A DNA stretch of 63,977 bases, the filler included, from Saprolegnia diclina VS20 (lineage: Eukaryota): NCBI RefSeq assembly GCF_000281045.1. It is 6 parts of 4 records of this genome, joined end to end, with 100 filler letters (N's around TTAATTAATTAA, not from the genome) between each part and the next. Parts side by side here need not be neighbours in the genome. Positions count along the whole stretch, not along the records: positions 48,414 to 53,982 come from NW_008246152.1; positions 54,083 to 57,305 come from NW_008246152.1; positions 57,406 to 62,860 come from NW_008246153.1; 3 more parts are not named here. One strand, written 5' to 3'. This document shows, piece by piece, positions 49,662-62,231 of the stretch. The notes under the pieces were generated by a model, which saw only the letters and a list, made by a program, of their open reading frames with translations, searched no databases and had not been told where the DNA came from. How positions within the stretch are numbered: position 1 is the stretch's first letter; each line of letters begins with the position of its first letter. Made by a program: the position numbers and the translations under genes.

Positions 49662-50662
49662 ATGAGCCACATACCGATGCTCGCGACCAAAGACGAGCAC
49701 TCGCTCGAGTCGTACGACCTGCAGATCCTGTCGCAGCGCAAGTCGTCGATTACGGGGTCGATCGCCGCCGACTCGCTCTTTGCGCCCACCGTAAGCGACG
49801 GCACGGCCTTGGCCCGCCACCAGCAGCCTCCTACGATGGAGAACAATGCTGACGACGAAGGTGCCACCCGCCGGTCGTGGACGCATTACTACGTCGGTGC
49901 GCCTGGTACGCTCCTCGGTGCGGCCATTGGCCTTGGCCTTGGGCTCTTTCTCGCCACGGACTCGGTCAAGTCGCAGCTCAAGCAGTACGACTACGCCGAG
50001 AAGCTTATCGTGCGCTGGGGGGCGCTCTATTTCCGCGCTGTGAGCTGTCTCTTGTCGCCGATCGTGTTTGTGAGTCTCGCTCGCGCAGTCGCCGACATTG
50101 TCGCAAGTCCGCGCATGACGCGCATGGGGTGGCGGCTCCTCGCCTACTCGTTTGGGACAACATTATTGGCCGTCGCGCAGGCCATGGCGTGGGGATACCT
50201 CTTCGCCGACAAGTACGACGGCGCTGAGTACAAGTTCAAGTACTCTTCGTTTTCCATCAAGTGCCCCAACACGAATGGCTTGACCCTTGGCGCGCACAAG
50301 AACGGCACCTTGTTCTGCGCCAACATGACGGCCAAGCAGCTCAAAGCCAACGGTTTTCCGCTCTATGACGACACCAAGCAGCTCGTGCTGGCGCCGGACA
50401 TTCGCAAGCTTGTCTACTACGAGTCGACAACCCAAGAGATTCTACACGGCCTGCTGCTCTTGACGCCCGGCAACTTTGTCGGCGCCTGGTACCGCAACGA
50501 AGTCATGAGTATCGTGATCTTTGCCATGGTGTTTGGCCTCGCGGTCGGTCTCGCCCAAGTCAAACCACTGCTGCAGCTCCTCGAAGGCCTCGAGACGATC
50601 CTCAACAGCATGATGTCGGCCGTCGTCAAGATCGCGCCGATCGCCCTCATCTCGCTCATTGC
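49662..50662 (+). CDS. Dicarboxylate/amino acid:cation symporter (SLC1/DAACS family), 3' half in gap
   Basis: WGALYFRAVSCLLSPIVFVSL, MGWRLLAYSFGTTLLA, EVMSIVIFAMVFGL and APIALISLI match SLC1 TM2-TM5. Inr-like TCATTTT at 49624. Confidence 0.85.
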
Positions 50663-52720
50663 NNNNNNNNNNNNNNNNNNNNNNNNNNNNNNNNNNNNNN
50701 NNNNNNNNNNNNNNNNNNNNNNNNNNNNNNNNNNNNNNNNNNNNNNNNNNNNNNNNNNNNNNNNNNNNNNNNNNNNNNNNNNNNNNNNNNNNNNNNNNNN
50801 NNNNNNNNNNNNNNNNNNNNNNNNNNNNNNNNNNNNNNNNNNNNNNNNNNNNNNNNNNNNNNNNNNNNNNNNNNNNNNNNNNNNNNNNNNNNNNNNNNNN
50901 NNNNNNNNNNNNNNNNNNNNNNNNNNNNNNNNNNNNNNNNNNNNNNNNNNNNNNNNNNNNNNNNNNNNNNNNNNNNNNNNNNNNNNNNNNNNNNNNNNNN
51001 NNNNNNNNNNNNNNNNNNNNNNNNNNNNNNNNNNNNNNNNNNNNNNNNNNNNNNNNNNNNNNNNNNNNNNNNNNNNNNNNNNNNNNNNNNNNNNNNNNNN
51101 NNNNNNNNNNNNNNNNNNNNNNNNNNNNNNNNNNNNNNNNNNNNNNNNNNNNNNNNNNNNNNNNNNNNNNNNNNNNNNNNNNNNNNNNNNNNNNNNNNNN
51201 NNNNNNNNNNNNNNNNNNNNNNNNNNNNNNNNNNNNNNNNNNNNNNNNNNNNNNNNNNNNNNNNNNNNNNNNNNNNNNNNNNNNNNNNNNNNNNNNNNNN
51301 NNNNNNNNNNNNNNNNNNNNNNNNNNNNNNNGGCAACGGACGTCTAGTTGTTGTTAATTTATTGTCCATTTTGTGCATCTAATGAATTGGACGTTGTTTA
51401 CTCTGGTGTCGACGTTCGTAGCCCCAGGACACACATGCCGTTGAGCCAAATGTACGTCCTTCGTGCTCAAGATGTCAGGTGAATCGAGAACTCTAATGGC
51501 GGACATCATCGACGAGTATTTGGCGCACTTTACTTACGGCTTCTGCCATGTCAACGCAAGACAAGTATGTACCTGTTTCACGGTGCACGGTTCTTTTTCG
51601 CTGCTGTTGGAGCGAACCACAGTGCGGAGCGAACACCAAAGACGCTATAATCTTGCCCCATTAGCGCTACGGAGTCGATCTCGAGCTGACGTAGCTTACC
51701 TTGACCTGGCATCGTCCAATATTCGTTCTTATCGTCTGGCGGCCAACGAAACTATCTATATTGCTGTACGTACGTACATGTACTTGGCGTGTATCGTACC
51801 GGGATCACGACCTTGCAACGCATACGCCAGCCGGCAATGACGGCACCCACGTTGATGCTGACGCCGCCTGCAAGAGGCTCTGCGTTTCGCGCGAGTAGCT
51901 GCCATGATGGTTGGCGCGTGTACAAGAGCAGTAATCAGGACGTTCACTGAAAGATCGTTTTTCCTACACCACACGAGCGCTTGTGCTACGAGCGTCTGGT
52001 ATACGATCTTAGTCCATTGCTATCATTTCTCAATTTTGCAGAGACGAGCGCCGACGCCGTGTTTGTGGTCGCGCCGCCTCTTGTGTGGTACAGATTCGCG
52101 CTACATCTGCACGCGTCTATGGCTTCACTCCACAAACCACAACAGAAGAGCGACGACATAACGTAACGACACTAGCACCGCACCGGTATGCCCTCGGGCA
52201 AGCGAGTACTAGTGTAGTACAAAGTGTGTAATTGGCGCATACTGCGTTTTGAAGGCTTGATGATGGAAAACGAATCACAAGCACCGGCGAGGAATGCGTG
52301 TCGCGAGATCATATTTCGCTTGACGGACTAAGAATGCACGCGCCATGGGACACGGATGCGTTTCCAGGCCACCACGCCGAAAGCATCCATCATAATGCTC
52401 TCGCTGTCGACGCCTTCCTTTGGGCAATGAGAGACGGGTGCAAACCCCAAAGTGCAAACTCAAAAGATCACTTCAACCATCGAAAGTGCACTTTCAGCGC
52501 CGTCCTTTCTACGCTCGAACGAAACGCCACAGAGCATGGGACAGTCGAAGGCGGAAAAGGCGCGGTGCAGAGTGGCGGGGATTGTGTCGCCGTGCATGGC
52601 TTACCCAGTGTAACAGGTGTCTGGGACACTGTGGCGCTCGCTCTTCTAGGCCACTTGTCGACTCCAGCTGGTCGTTCGATAGCTCCGAGACACACCAGTC
52701 TCACTCTTGGTTTTGCAAGC

Positions 52721-53982
52721 ATGTTTCCCATGCTTTCGAAGGACGATGCGTACTTGGAAGGCGACTACGACATTGTGGCTGCCGCGAATGGCGCGACACC
52801 GAGCCGGGGCAGCCAAAAGTCGTCGTCCGCTGGCATGTCCGTGCTGACGAGCGAGCCGACGACCGCGCACCGGCCGGTAATGTACCCGACGGTCATTTGT
52901 GAAGACCAGCGGTCGGGCGCCGGCGACGACGACGAGGACCGTCGGTCCTGGACACACTATTACGTCGGCGCACCTGGCACGCTTCTCGGCGCGGTTCTTG
53001 GGCTTGTGCTCGGCTCTGTGCTTGCAATGGAGTCGGTCAAGTCGGAGCTCAAGCAATTCGAGTACACGGAGAAGCTCATTGTGCGCTGGGGCGCGCTCTA
53101 CTTTCGCGCTGTGAGCTGCCTTCTCGTGCCAACGGTCTTTGTGAGCCTCGCGCGCGCGGTCGCCGACATTGTGTTCAACCCGCGGCTCACGCGCATGGGG
53201 TGGCGCATCGCCGCCTACTCGCTGCTGACAACGGTCCTTGCCGTCGCCCAAGCCATGGCGTGGGGGTACCTCTTCGCCGACAAGTACGACGGTGCAACGT
53301 ACATGTTTAAGTACTCGGGCTACTCGATCACGTGTCCGCACAACAAGACCGAGTATTTGCGCATGGCGCCCAACGGCACGCTCAACTGCGGTCCGCTGCC
53401 GTCGCGCCAGATCCGCACCATGGTCTTCCCGCTCTACGACAACACCAAGCAGCTCGTGCTCGCGCCGGACATTCGCAAGCTCATCTACTACGAGTCGACG
53501 ACCAAGGAGATTCTGCACGGCCTGCTGCTCTTGACGCCGACCAATGTCATTGGCGCGTGGCACAACAACGAGGTCATGAGCATCGTGGTCTTTGCCATGG
53601 TGTTTGGCCTCGCGGTCGGTCTCGCCCAAGTCAAACCGCTCCTCAAGCTCCTCATCGGTCTCGAGACGATCTTCAATAGCATGATGACGACCGTCGTCAA
53701 GACCGCACCGATCGCACTCATCTCGCTCATCGCTGGGCCCGTGTACGCCGGCACGCACGTCCTCACGCTTGACAAGGACCTCGGCCGCATCCTCTACTAC
53801 GTGCTCACGTTTTTCTGCGCGACGGTCGTCCACGCATGCGTCGTCATGCCCCTTCTGTTTCTGCTTCGAACCAAGCAGTCGCCATGGCGCTTCTTTGTGG
53901 TTTTGAAAGAAGGCTTGCTCCATGCCCTCGGCAGCTCGGCGTCCATGAACTCGCTGCCGGTTGTCTCGCGCTGCTTTGAACG
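52721..53982 (+). CDS. Second tandem SLC1/DAACS symporter paralogue, truncated by a gap
   Basis: Same motifs as the first copy plus the HP1 serine-rich motif ALGSSASMNSLPV; high similarity to the 49662 gene. Confidence 0.85.
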
Positions 53983-54082
53983 NNNNNNNNNNNNNNNNNN
54001 NNNNNNNNNNNNNNNNNNNNNNNNNNTTAATTAATTAANNNNNNNNNNNNNNNNNNNNNNNNNNNNNNNNNNNNNNNNNNNN

Positions 54083-54567
54083 CTGGCACCCGCTCGGCGG
54101 GTACACCTCGGGGTTGTTGACTTGGCCATCGTCGGCGACGTCGATCGAGCCCGAGTGCGACCCGCTCGTCGTGCCGTCGGCAATCGAGCGCTCTTTGGCG
54201 AGGCGCTTCTGCACGTCGGTCGTCCGCGCTTGCGCCTGGCCGTGAAAGTACCGCGCCAAGAGCACGATGGCTGCAACCGAGCCGCCAATCATGACGAGCA
54301 AGAGCAGCACGCCGGGCCAGCGCTACGCACCTCGACATGAGAAGAGGCTTCCAATAATATGGAACGTACGCGGATGCGGCCCTTGAAGGCCTTGGGCGGG
54401 ATGGGCACCGCGTGGTCGACGGGCGCTGCCACGATATCGCGGTCGAGGATCGAGCTGCGCGTGAAGCCGTCGACGCCGCCGGCCGACGAGGCGCCGGGCT
54501 GGCTGTACGAGAAGCTGCTGCGCCGCTCGTCGGTCTCGCTCATGCGGTCGTAGCCGTCGCTGGCCAT
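54083..54567 (-). CDS. 5' end of a type-II membrane-anchored GH5-like glucanase (oomycete cel5-type); catalytic domain lost in gap
   Basis: A 47-bp intron (54369-54323) joins FKGRIR|RWPGVLLLLVMIGG (TM segment) to DDGQVNNPEVYPPSGC, resembling the N-terminus I recall for oomycete GH5 proteins. Catalytic motifs are not visible. Confidence 0.55.
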
Positions 54568-55925
54568 GGTCGGAGCGAATGGAAAAATGCTACACGTTCG
54601 AGTTGGCGGCCGCCGTAACCGTCGCCGTTTATCCGGATCACATTCCCTTAGATGAGACATGCGACGCGGGATTGGCGTCGTGGAACGTAACGGTTTGTTC
54701 GACGAGGTACTGTTTAGGCGAATTACCGTGCGCTTCGAATGGCCCGACTCGTTCGATGCACTGCACGCGCTCGTTCGACGGTCGTCGATGTAGATTGTAG
54801 TAGCTTGTCGTAGGAACGAACCGATATTGTCTACTAGTACGTACTAAACGCTTGTAAAAGTCTATTGAATGGAGATATTGAGGGATCCACCGATGACTAT
54901 GGTGTCATCGCCACCTTCTTTGAACGTGGCGCCGAGATTCGCATCTCGGAAGACGGATGCCCACCCGGTGCTGATGGGCGTGAAATTTGAAATTTTATCG
55001 CTGGACCAGCTATCAGAAAAAGGCTTCCACCACGGCAGGATCTGCTGCCGACTCGGAATCTGACGAGCGGCGCAGATTTATTTGTTGCTGCGCGTCGACA
55101 GCGCACTAGACAAATGAAACACTCGGGTGCATCCGGATCGAACATTTGAGATGCAACTTTCGTATAGCCGCGTACGTGTGCCCTTCACAGCATCCGGATA
55201 CATACCCCATTTTCGTTGTCGTTGGAAGCTTCAACAACGGACCGTGGCGAGCTTGTGGGGCCCCTTTCTGTAGTTTACTTGGTCGATGTACTCGTCGTTT
55301 TGTCCGTCCACGCGCCGCGCCGTAGCTATGGCCCGCTTGTGTGACAGCAAGCACCAAAAAGGCTTGTGCTCTGGCGTAAAAAGAGCGTGCGCATGGTGTT
55401 GATCTCGCAACCTTGATCATGCGCTCCCTGGCGCCACTCGCGTTTTCCGCTGCAAGTACCGGCAGCGCTGTCACGCTATGATATGCCGTTTATAGTGTTG
55501 TGCCGCTGGAAAACACAATGTATAGTGTCCATCACCGCAGAACGTCCAGGGCAACGAATTTCAACTTTCTTCGCTGCTAATTGGTCGAAAAGGATTCCTC
55601 GCGAGCTCGTATTCGTCAAAATGTGACCAATCACCGCTGCTGCCCGCATGGCCGCCTCACGTCGACATGTCCGGACGGTTCCGGATACCATTCCAGGATG
55701 GTCACGATGTCGATGGTCCATCATGGGGGACGTTCGGTGGCCTCCTTTATTGAGTTGAGATTCTTTTTTACCCCTATATTTTGTATATTCTACGAAACCT
55801 GTATAAATAGATCTGGAAAAATGGCTGGATCTCAAACCGAGTTCAGGTTTCTCGTCGAGAATCTCAAGTCGAATTTAGGGTTGAGGGAGTGTCCGGATGA
55901 CGCATTCGGATGACATTTTCAAAAA

Positions 55926-56788
55926 TGGAGTCTGTCCCCGCCATCGAGCCTCGAACCGAGGTGGCGCCCGAGGAGGTAGCCACGGGCTCCAATGCCAGCA
56001 AGTTTGCCTGCAAGCACGACATCGTCATGCTCCGATCTGTCGGGTTGCTTGAGCCTTGGGCGGCGGCCCACGGTGCAGTGATGTCCACGTGGGAAGCGAT
56101 CGCCGAGTCGCTCGCCGACGCAAGCGACTTTGGCCTCAAGAACAAGAAGGGCCCAGCACTCAAGACGCGCTTTGAGAGCATCATGAACAAGTTCAAGAAG
56201 AGCGAATTCCAGAGCCTACGCAAGTCCGGGACGGTCGAGGAGTACGAAGAGCGCGAGCAACTCCTTACAGACATCAAGGCCCGCATGGACGACTACACGG
56301 CGAACGCGACCGTTCGCAAGGACGCAGAGAAGAAGAAGCAAGAAGGCATTGAGGGCTCTGGTGTTTTGATGCGTCGACTTGCTATGGCTCCTCTCGCGCC
56401 ACCAAGGGCGGAATTGACGGCCGACTCGGATGCTTCGGCTTCGTCTTCCGTGACAGCTGAGGCGGCGTCGGAGTCATCGGGGTCATCGGGGTCGACGGAA
56501 GGCCCCGCGGCCCCTGGTGAGGCATCGACACCCCCACCCAAGCGGTTGAAGAAGCGCAAGACCATCGCGAAGGACGACTACATCACAGGTCTCATGACTG
56601 CGATCCAGTCGGCCATCGGCGAGTGGCGCTCACGCGACGAGGCCAGCTCAAAGCGAGCGCAAGAAGAGCTCCAATTGCAACGCGAACGTCTGGATCACGA
56701 CCGCACGGTTGCCCGGATGCTGGCGGAACAAAATGCGCAGAACCAGCAGATTATCATGACTCTTCTCCAAAAGCTTGCGGATAAGTAA
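55926..56788 (+). CDS. Harbinger-associated Myb/SANT-like DNA-binding protein
   Basis: DIVMLRSV..PWAAAHGAVMSTWEAIAESL..LKTRF..SLRKSGTVEEYEEREQLL, a basic patch (KRLKKRK) and a C-terminal coiled coil. Confidence 0.75.
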
Positions 56789-56835
56789 AGTCATTCAATG
56801 TAAATGCAGTTAGCCTCCCTGTTGTTACTCAATTA

Positions 56836-56949
56836 TCAATCAAGCGGGAGGTACGTGTCGATCGAAGGAGGGTTCACATCGAAGGAGTTGGAGATCTGGT
56901 TGCCCGTCGGCTTGAGGCACGCATTGCAATTCGTCAGTAGCTCCATCAT
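56836..56949 (-). pseudogene. Harbinger transposase remnant (start codon plus extreme C-terminus only)
   Basis: MMELLTNCNACLKPTGNQISNSFDVNPPSIDTYLPLD* resembles the LLTNC..C...NQIS.YF...PP....YL tail of HARBI1/DDE_Tnp_4-like enzymes. Confidence 0.65.
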
Positions 56950-57043
56950 GTCGAGCACCTATTTCGAAATTTCGAGATGCTCGGAATCTAAATCTCAACT
57001 CGAAAAATAGGGCCACCGAAAGTCCCAAATTGCACGAGCGTCC

Positions 57044-57132
57044 AAGCGAACGAATTTCAACTTTTTTCGCTGCTAATTGGTCGAAAAGGAATCCTTTTCG
57101 ATCAATTGGCAGCGAAGAAAGTTGAAATTCGT
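57044..57132. repeat. ~89-bp near-perfect palindrome; one arm repeated at ~55553-55595
   Basis: AACGAATTTCAACTTTTTTCGCTGCTAATTGGTCGAAAAGG-aat-CCTTTTCGATCAATTGGCAGCGAAGAAAGTTGAAATTCGTT. Confidence 0.85.
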
Positions 57133-58989
57133 TGGCTCGTGCGATGATGGAGCATCGACATCGTGAGAACACTATAACATCTCTGGTGCAGCCAAGTCAT
57201 GGAGACAATCCACCAGACGCGCGCCGCCTTGACGGCAATCGTCCATGGACTTGGCGCGAAAGACGCGATCGTTGCGGACGGGCCAGACGTGAACGCTGCA
57301 TATGGNNNNNNNNNNNNNNNNNNNNNNNNNNNNNNNNNNNNNNNNNNNNTTAATTAATTAANNNNNNNNNNNNNNNNNNNNNNNNNNNNNNNNNNNNNNN
57401 NNNNNGTACATGGGCAAATGCGCCTTTGTGGCGCCGCCCGACTGGCCCGGCTACCGCAAACTCTAAATCAACTGCATAATGCTACATTCCTTCGTGAGCA
57501 CGACTGACTTGGAGCTGATTTAGTCGAAGGTCCCAAACATAGTCTTGAACAGCAGTGACGGCGCGGTCGTTGATGCTAGTATGCTCCAAGGCTGGCTCAG
57601 GAAGAGAAGAGCATACAAGTGGTGCTGGACCGCGGTCGCATGTTGGTTCGGCATCTTACCGGTATACGGTGCAAAGTCATTTGAAAGGTGACAGATAGGT
57701 AGAAAAAAGCCCTGGAGCAAAGCAGCGAACGCAGCAAGAAGCAGGGTCTGGAGAGACTACTACGTGCAAGCGAGCGCCTCTGCCAAGCAGAAGCACTTTC
57801 TAGGCTACTCGTGAGCCCCGCGCGACAAGCATGCAAGCGCTTACGCATACAGTGTCTAAGTCTAACGTGGTAAAAGGCAAAGTGAAATCCCTCTGCATAT
57901 AACTGGCTTACGCTCTCGCCCTGCTCATGCCCCAACCATTGATGCGCTGCGGGCTGCAGTTTATTGAACCTTGTAGCCCCCTACAGTCGATAACGACGTC
58001 AATGACAAAACTGAGATCGGGTTGTTGAAAATGTTCTTCAGCAAATCGTTTTGGCGTTTCATCACAAACCAAAGCGCGCGAGATCACTCGTTGCTGGAGA
58101 CGGAGGGGAGTTGGATTTACTCCAATGTCCCGAGAAGACCAAGCGCCGAAACAAATGGGTCGACATGAGATTGATACTTCGCCTTCAACGCCACCCGAGG
58201 TGAAGCTCGGGGACGGATGTTTGTTTTTGTTGCACCATGAGCTGGCGAATCTTTGACGGAGTGTGGAGGTCGGCGTTGGCCCGCACAGTCGCAATCTGCT
58301 CGTCCGTCATTTTCACCGACGCAGACTCACAGCCAGGTGCTTCATTCGTGGACGAACGTGATGAAGACGTAAGATGCACAAAAGCCGAGAGAGAGACGAC
58401 CACAACAATTAGCTTTAACGCTCGGATGGCTGTTGCGTTGCTTCTCGTCTGGAATTGGTTGCAGGTTGCGTCGCTTGGCTGCGGACCTGGCGGAGGCATC
58501 CGCATCCACCGAGTTCTGACTACTACTAGTCTTTATTGGGAAAACACGAGGCAGCCTTATTTCTTGGCCGAGCGTTTTTGAGTCCATGGATCTGGATCTC
58601 CTTTGCCCCCGCCAGGTTCCGGTAAGTGCGATTCCTTTCTGGACCATCAATAGATTGCAGAAGCGTGGCAGCGCGAGACAAGGGTCAATAATTATTGACC
58701 CATGCGCGAGAGTACTCATTCCTCAATTTGCGTCCTCGATCACAGCAAGGTGCGCACCTAGTTCATCCACGATCTATGTGTGTACCGCTTCATCACAGCG
58801 TCAAGTCGGGCAAGATTGGCTCGAAAAATCATGGCATTCGCGAACGAGAGATGTTGGACATTTGCGGGGCCGCTGAGCTCGTCTTTTTGCGTCAGTTTGG
58901 GTACCGCTTCTATGGTGATTTGGCTTTGAAGCCTGGTCGTCAAACGGACGGTCCTAGCTATTTCGTATCTTTGCGGTGTTGGCCAGGAC

Positions 58990-59696
58990 CTCGCGCAGAC
59001 GCTCAGGCAGCCGACGACCTCCTCGCCAACACGGTCGCCTACGCCGATGACTCGGACTTCATCTGTGACGACGACGCGGTCATGACCAGGATCAAGGAGG
59101 CGGCGCCAGCCGTCTTCGCCCGGTGGGACCTCAAGATGAATGAAGACAAGACGGAAGAAACAAAGGTATTCAGATCGACGCAGGCCGACGCGCCGACACA
59201 CGCCGCCTCGCTGGCGTGGCACACGACCAAGAAGCTCGGCAGCCTCCTCGACGACGCGGCCGATTTGCGCGCCCGGAAGCGACTGACGACAACGGCGTTC
59301 AACAACATGTGGAAGATCTGGATGCGGCGAGGCCTCATCTCGGAAGGCACCCGTGTGCGGCTTTACAAGTGCTACGTGCTCCCGGTCCTTTTGTACAACT
59401 GCGGCACGTGGGCCCTGACGCCAACCAGCCTCGCGGGCCTTGACAGCTTCCATCGCCGGCAGCTGCGTCGGCTGCTCGGGATCTTCCACCCGAACACGCT
59501 TGCCGACGTCGCTCTACACACGCTGTGACAGCGAGCCGTTGAGCACGATCGTTGCCCGCCAACGTTGGCGCCTTCTAGGCCACGTGCTGCGACTGGGTCG
59601 AGACGTCCCGGCCAACGTGGCTGCGGACCGCTTCTTTGCTCCATCCGAGGCGCCCCGTTTCTTAGGACGCACCAAGATCACGCTGCCGATCGTCCT
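58990..59696 (+). mobile_element. 5'-truncated RTE-clade non-LTR retrotransposon (RT C-terminal half, frameshift at ~59510)
   Basis: AYADDSDF, LKMNEDKTE, KKLGSLL, TRVRLYKCYVLPVLLYNCGTW, LDSFHRRQLRRLLGI and RWRLLGHVLRL. Confidence 0.88.
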
Positions 59697-60243
59697 NNNN
59701 NNNNNNNNNNNNNNNNNNNNNNNNNNNNNNNNNNNNNNNNNNNNNNNNNNNNNNNNNNNNNNNNNNNNNNNNNNNNNNNNNNNNNNNNNNNNNNNNNNNN
59801 NNNNNNNNNNNNNNNNNNNNNNNNNNNNNNNNNNNNNNNNNNNNNNNNNNNNNNNNNNNNNNNNNNNNNNNNNNNNNNNNNNNNNNNNNNNNNNNNNNNN
59901 NNNNNNNNNNNNNNNNNNNNNNNNGAGCGAATGAAGAAGGAGATTGCTAGTCTCTACGTATGCGAAGTCTTTGTGTAACTATGAAGATAACGCGAAACAC
60001 GTTCATATATGAGGTCAGTCAAAACAAAAGGAGCCGTTAGCGGCCTTCTAACGTTTTGAGAAAACAGGGCCCAAAGTTTTCAGCGCTTTTGATTGGTCGC
60101 TTCCTAGCGATCTCATTGGGCAAACGGTGAAGGTGATAGACAGCGAAAGCCAATGGCAGAGCTTTCGAACGCAGCAGACAAACCTCTCGGAAACAATGCG
60201 AGGGAACTGACTGCATCATGGTCTCACAATCCAATTTGCCATC

Positions 60244-61125
60244 ATGGGCGCGCAACTCGATGCGTCGATCATCGCCAACCGCCGCATCTCGCGCCCAACC
60301 TCGCCTCGGCTGCCCATGCTTCCTCCCCTCGCCCACGCGCGCTCCGCGCTTCGTCCTCTCGCGCTGCCTCCTTTTGGCCGCTCGCGTCCCGCGCTTCCTC
60401 CCCTCGTTCTGTCGCCGTCTTGTCGCTCGCTTCCCGAGAATGTCGCCGCGGTGGTCGGGAGTTCCTCTTTGGCGGCTTCGGCTGAAACTGTCGGGAACTC
60501 CCTCTCAGCGGCTTCGGCCGTGGCCATCGGGCTCTGCAACCAGCGCGACCTTGGCCGTACGTCGTCTCCTCGTCCCTCGAACGACCAACGACCATGGCTT
60601 GTCTCCCCCCCCGGTGCTGCCGAGGCGGCGGTAGCTACAACACGTATGGCTACTGCTGCCTCCATGGCGGCCTCCTCTCTTGATTGTGCCCATCCTCCCG
60701 CAGCAGAGCAGGCGAGTCCCACCACCGACCACGGTGGATGGGATTTGGACTACGACTACGACAGCGACACAGAGGAGGACAGCGCAAGTAGTGAGGAGGC
60801 TTGTGCACCTAGCGATGTACTCACGGAACTTGCAAATATGTCGTGTTGTGGTAAACAGTGCCTGCAGCATATGAGCGACGAGAGCAAGAGGGAAGCATCC
60901 ATCGCATTGCTTGGACAGCTTAATACTAGTTGTGCTGTTGGGAGAGCTGCGAGAGAACTAGTCTCCCAAAGACGAAACGCGTTCATCGCGTTCAGTGTGT
61001 CTAACTCATGGGAGGTCGAAAAGCCCAAGGAGCAACGGCAGCAGTATCGCCTTCCTTTCATTGGCAAGCTGTGCAAACTTGCCTTCTGCACGTTTCTTAG
61101 GACCTCAACAATACATACATCGTGA
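60244..61125 (+). mobile_element. Possible N-terminal fragment of a Sola-like DNA transposase
   Basis: Low-complexity and acidic leader, then CCGKQCL and YRLPFIGKLCKLAFCTFL cysteine motifs of the kind seen upstream of such DDE cores. No catalytic core follows. Confidence 0.4.
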
Positions 61126-62068
61126 CAACGAATGAAATATAAGTTCTTACTGTGAAGATGACGTAGCAATCACAAGCAACCTGATTGGTCATTGATCCAG
61201 GGATATCCCTAACCCCACAAATCTTTGACAACACATTTGCACAGGAAGCACGACGTTTCTGTCCATAAGAACTACACCATTCGATTCCCCTTAAAATTCT
61301 GTTGTGCATGCTGCCCGTACTCCAAAACTGTCTCAAAAGGCGATCCGGTTCCTTTTGTTTTGACTGACCTCATATAAAGACTAGGCCAGTGCAGATGATC
61401 GAAGATCGAACGTGCTCCATGGCGGCAACAGACACCAGAGACACTGTACCATACGCCTTGCGCTCCTATTCTGCGATGGTTTAAGGGGTCGCAGTTCGTA
61501 TTGTCGGGATTGGGATTGGTAGATAGTGCCAGACGACGCTGCACTTTTGCAACCCATCAAAAACGACGCTCTGAGAATTGATTCCTCGCACGGGGTTGCA
61601 GGAGCACCATGCGCTACGGGGCGGGGACGGTGACGACAACAAGAGCGCAAACGGAGGTCCAGCTCCAGAGGGCATAATAAATTCGCAGCGGAGCAAAAGG
61701 TGGTCGGGAGCACCATGACGGGGCAACCTTGGGCGCTAGGCATCATACGTGTGGACACTGCAATATGGCCGGACTCACTACCAATAAGCTCAGCTAATAT
61801 ATGGTAAGCTCAGTTAGAGCTCATAATTGTGGAGCCGTCGGGGCAACGCAAACACGGCAGCGAGGGGGGAGTTTTACGTGTGCAACGTTACTCGCAACAC
61901 GACCCTCTAACGCGCCTGAGTGGGATGCTCCAGGGGATGCTCAGCCGTATATTATACACCTGGTAACTGTACGTTTGCGCCTCTTTCGCGCAGGCTCTCT
62001 GCGCCAGGTTCTCACCATTTGCACGAGCTTTGCCTCATTTCGGGTTTTTCATCGGACCACCGATTGCA

Positions 62069-62176
62069 ATGCGAACTGCATTCTTGCTCCTCGCTACCGC
62101 TCTCGCAGTCTGCGGCCGTAACCTTTGTGATACTTCGCCAACCTCGACGCCAACCTTGACACCAGCGCCGACCCCA

Positions 62177-62231
<55 letters not shown>

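Larger units (their letters stand above)
55727..57026. mobile_element. Internally deleted PIF/Harbinger-like transposon
   Basis: 36-bp imperfect TIRs (55727-55762 and 56991-57026, 30/36 identical, starting GGGAC) enclose a Myb/SANT ORF and a convergent transposase C-terminal remnant. Confidence 0.75.

Noticed and set aside
52298..52720. N-terminal extension of the second SLC1 ORF
   Set aside because: No counterpart in the paralogue and non-coding-like composition; ATG 52721 (or the next Met) is more plausible.
57400..58980. Possible degraded MULE or other transposase relic
   Set aside because: Only a vague FYHV..CMRKR resemblance, many stops, and no termini identified.
62159..62231. Direct repeats as a CRISPR-like array
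   Set aside because: No spacers; this is an in-frame coding minisatellite in a eukaryotic gene.
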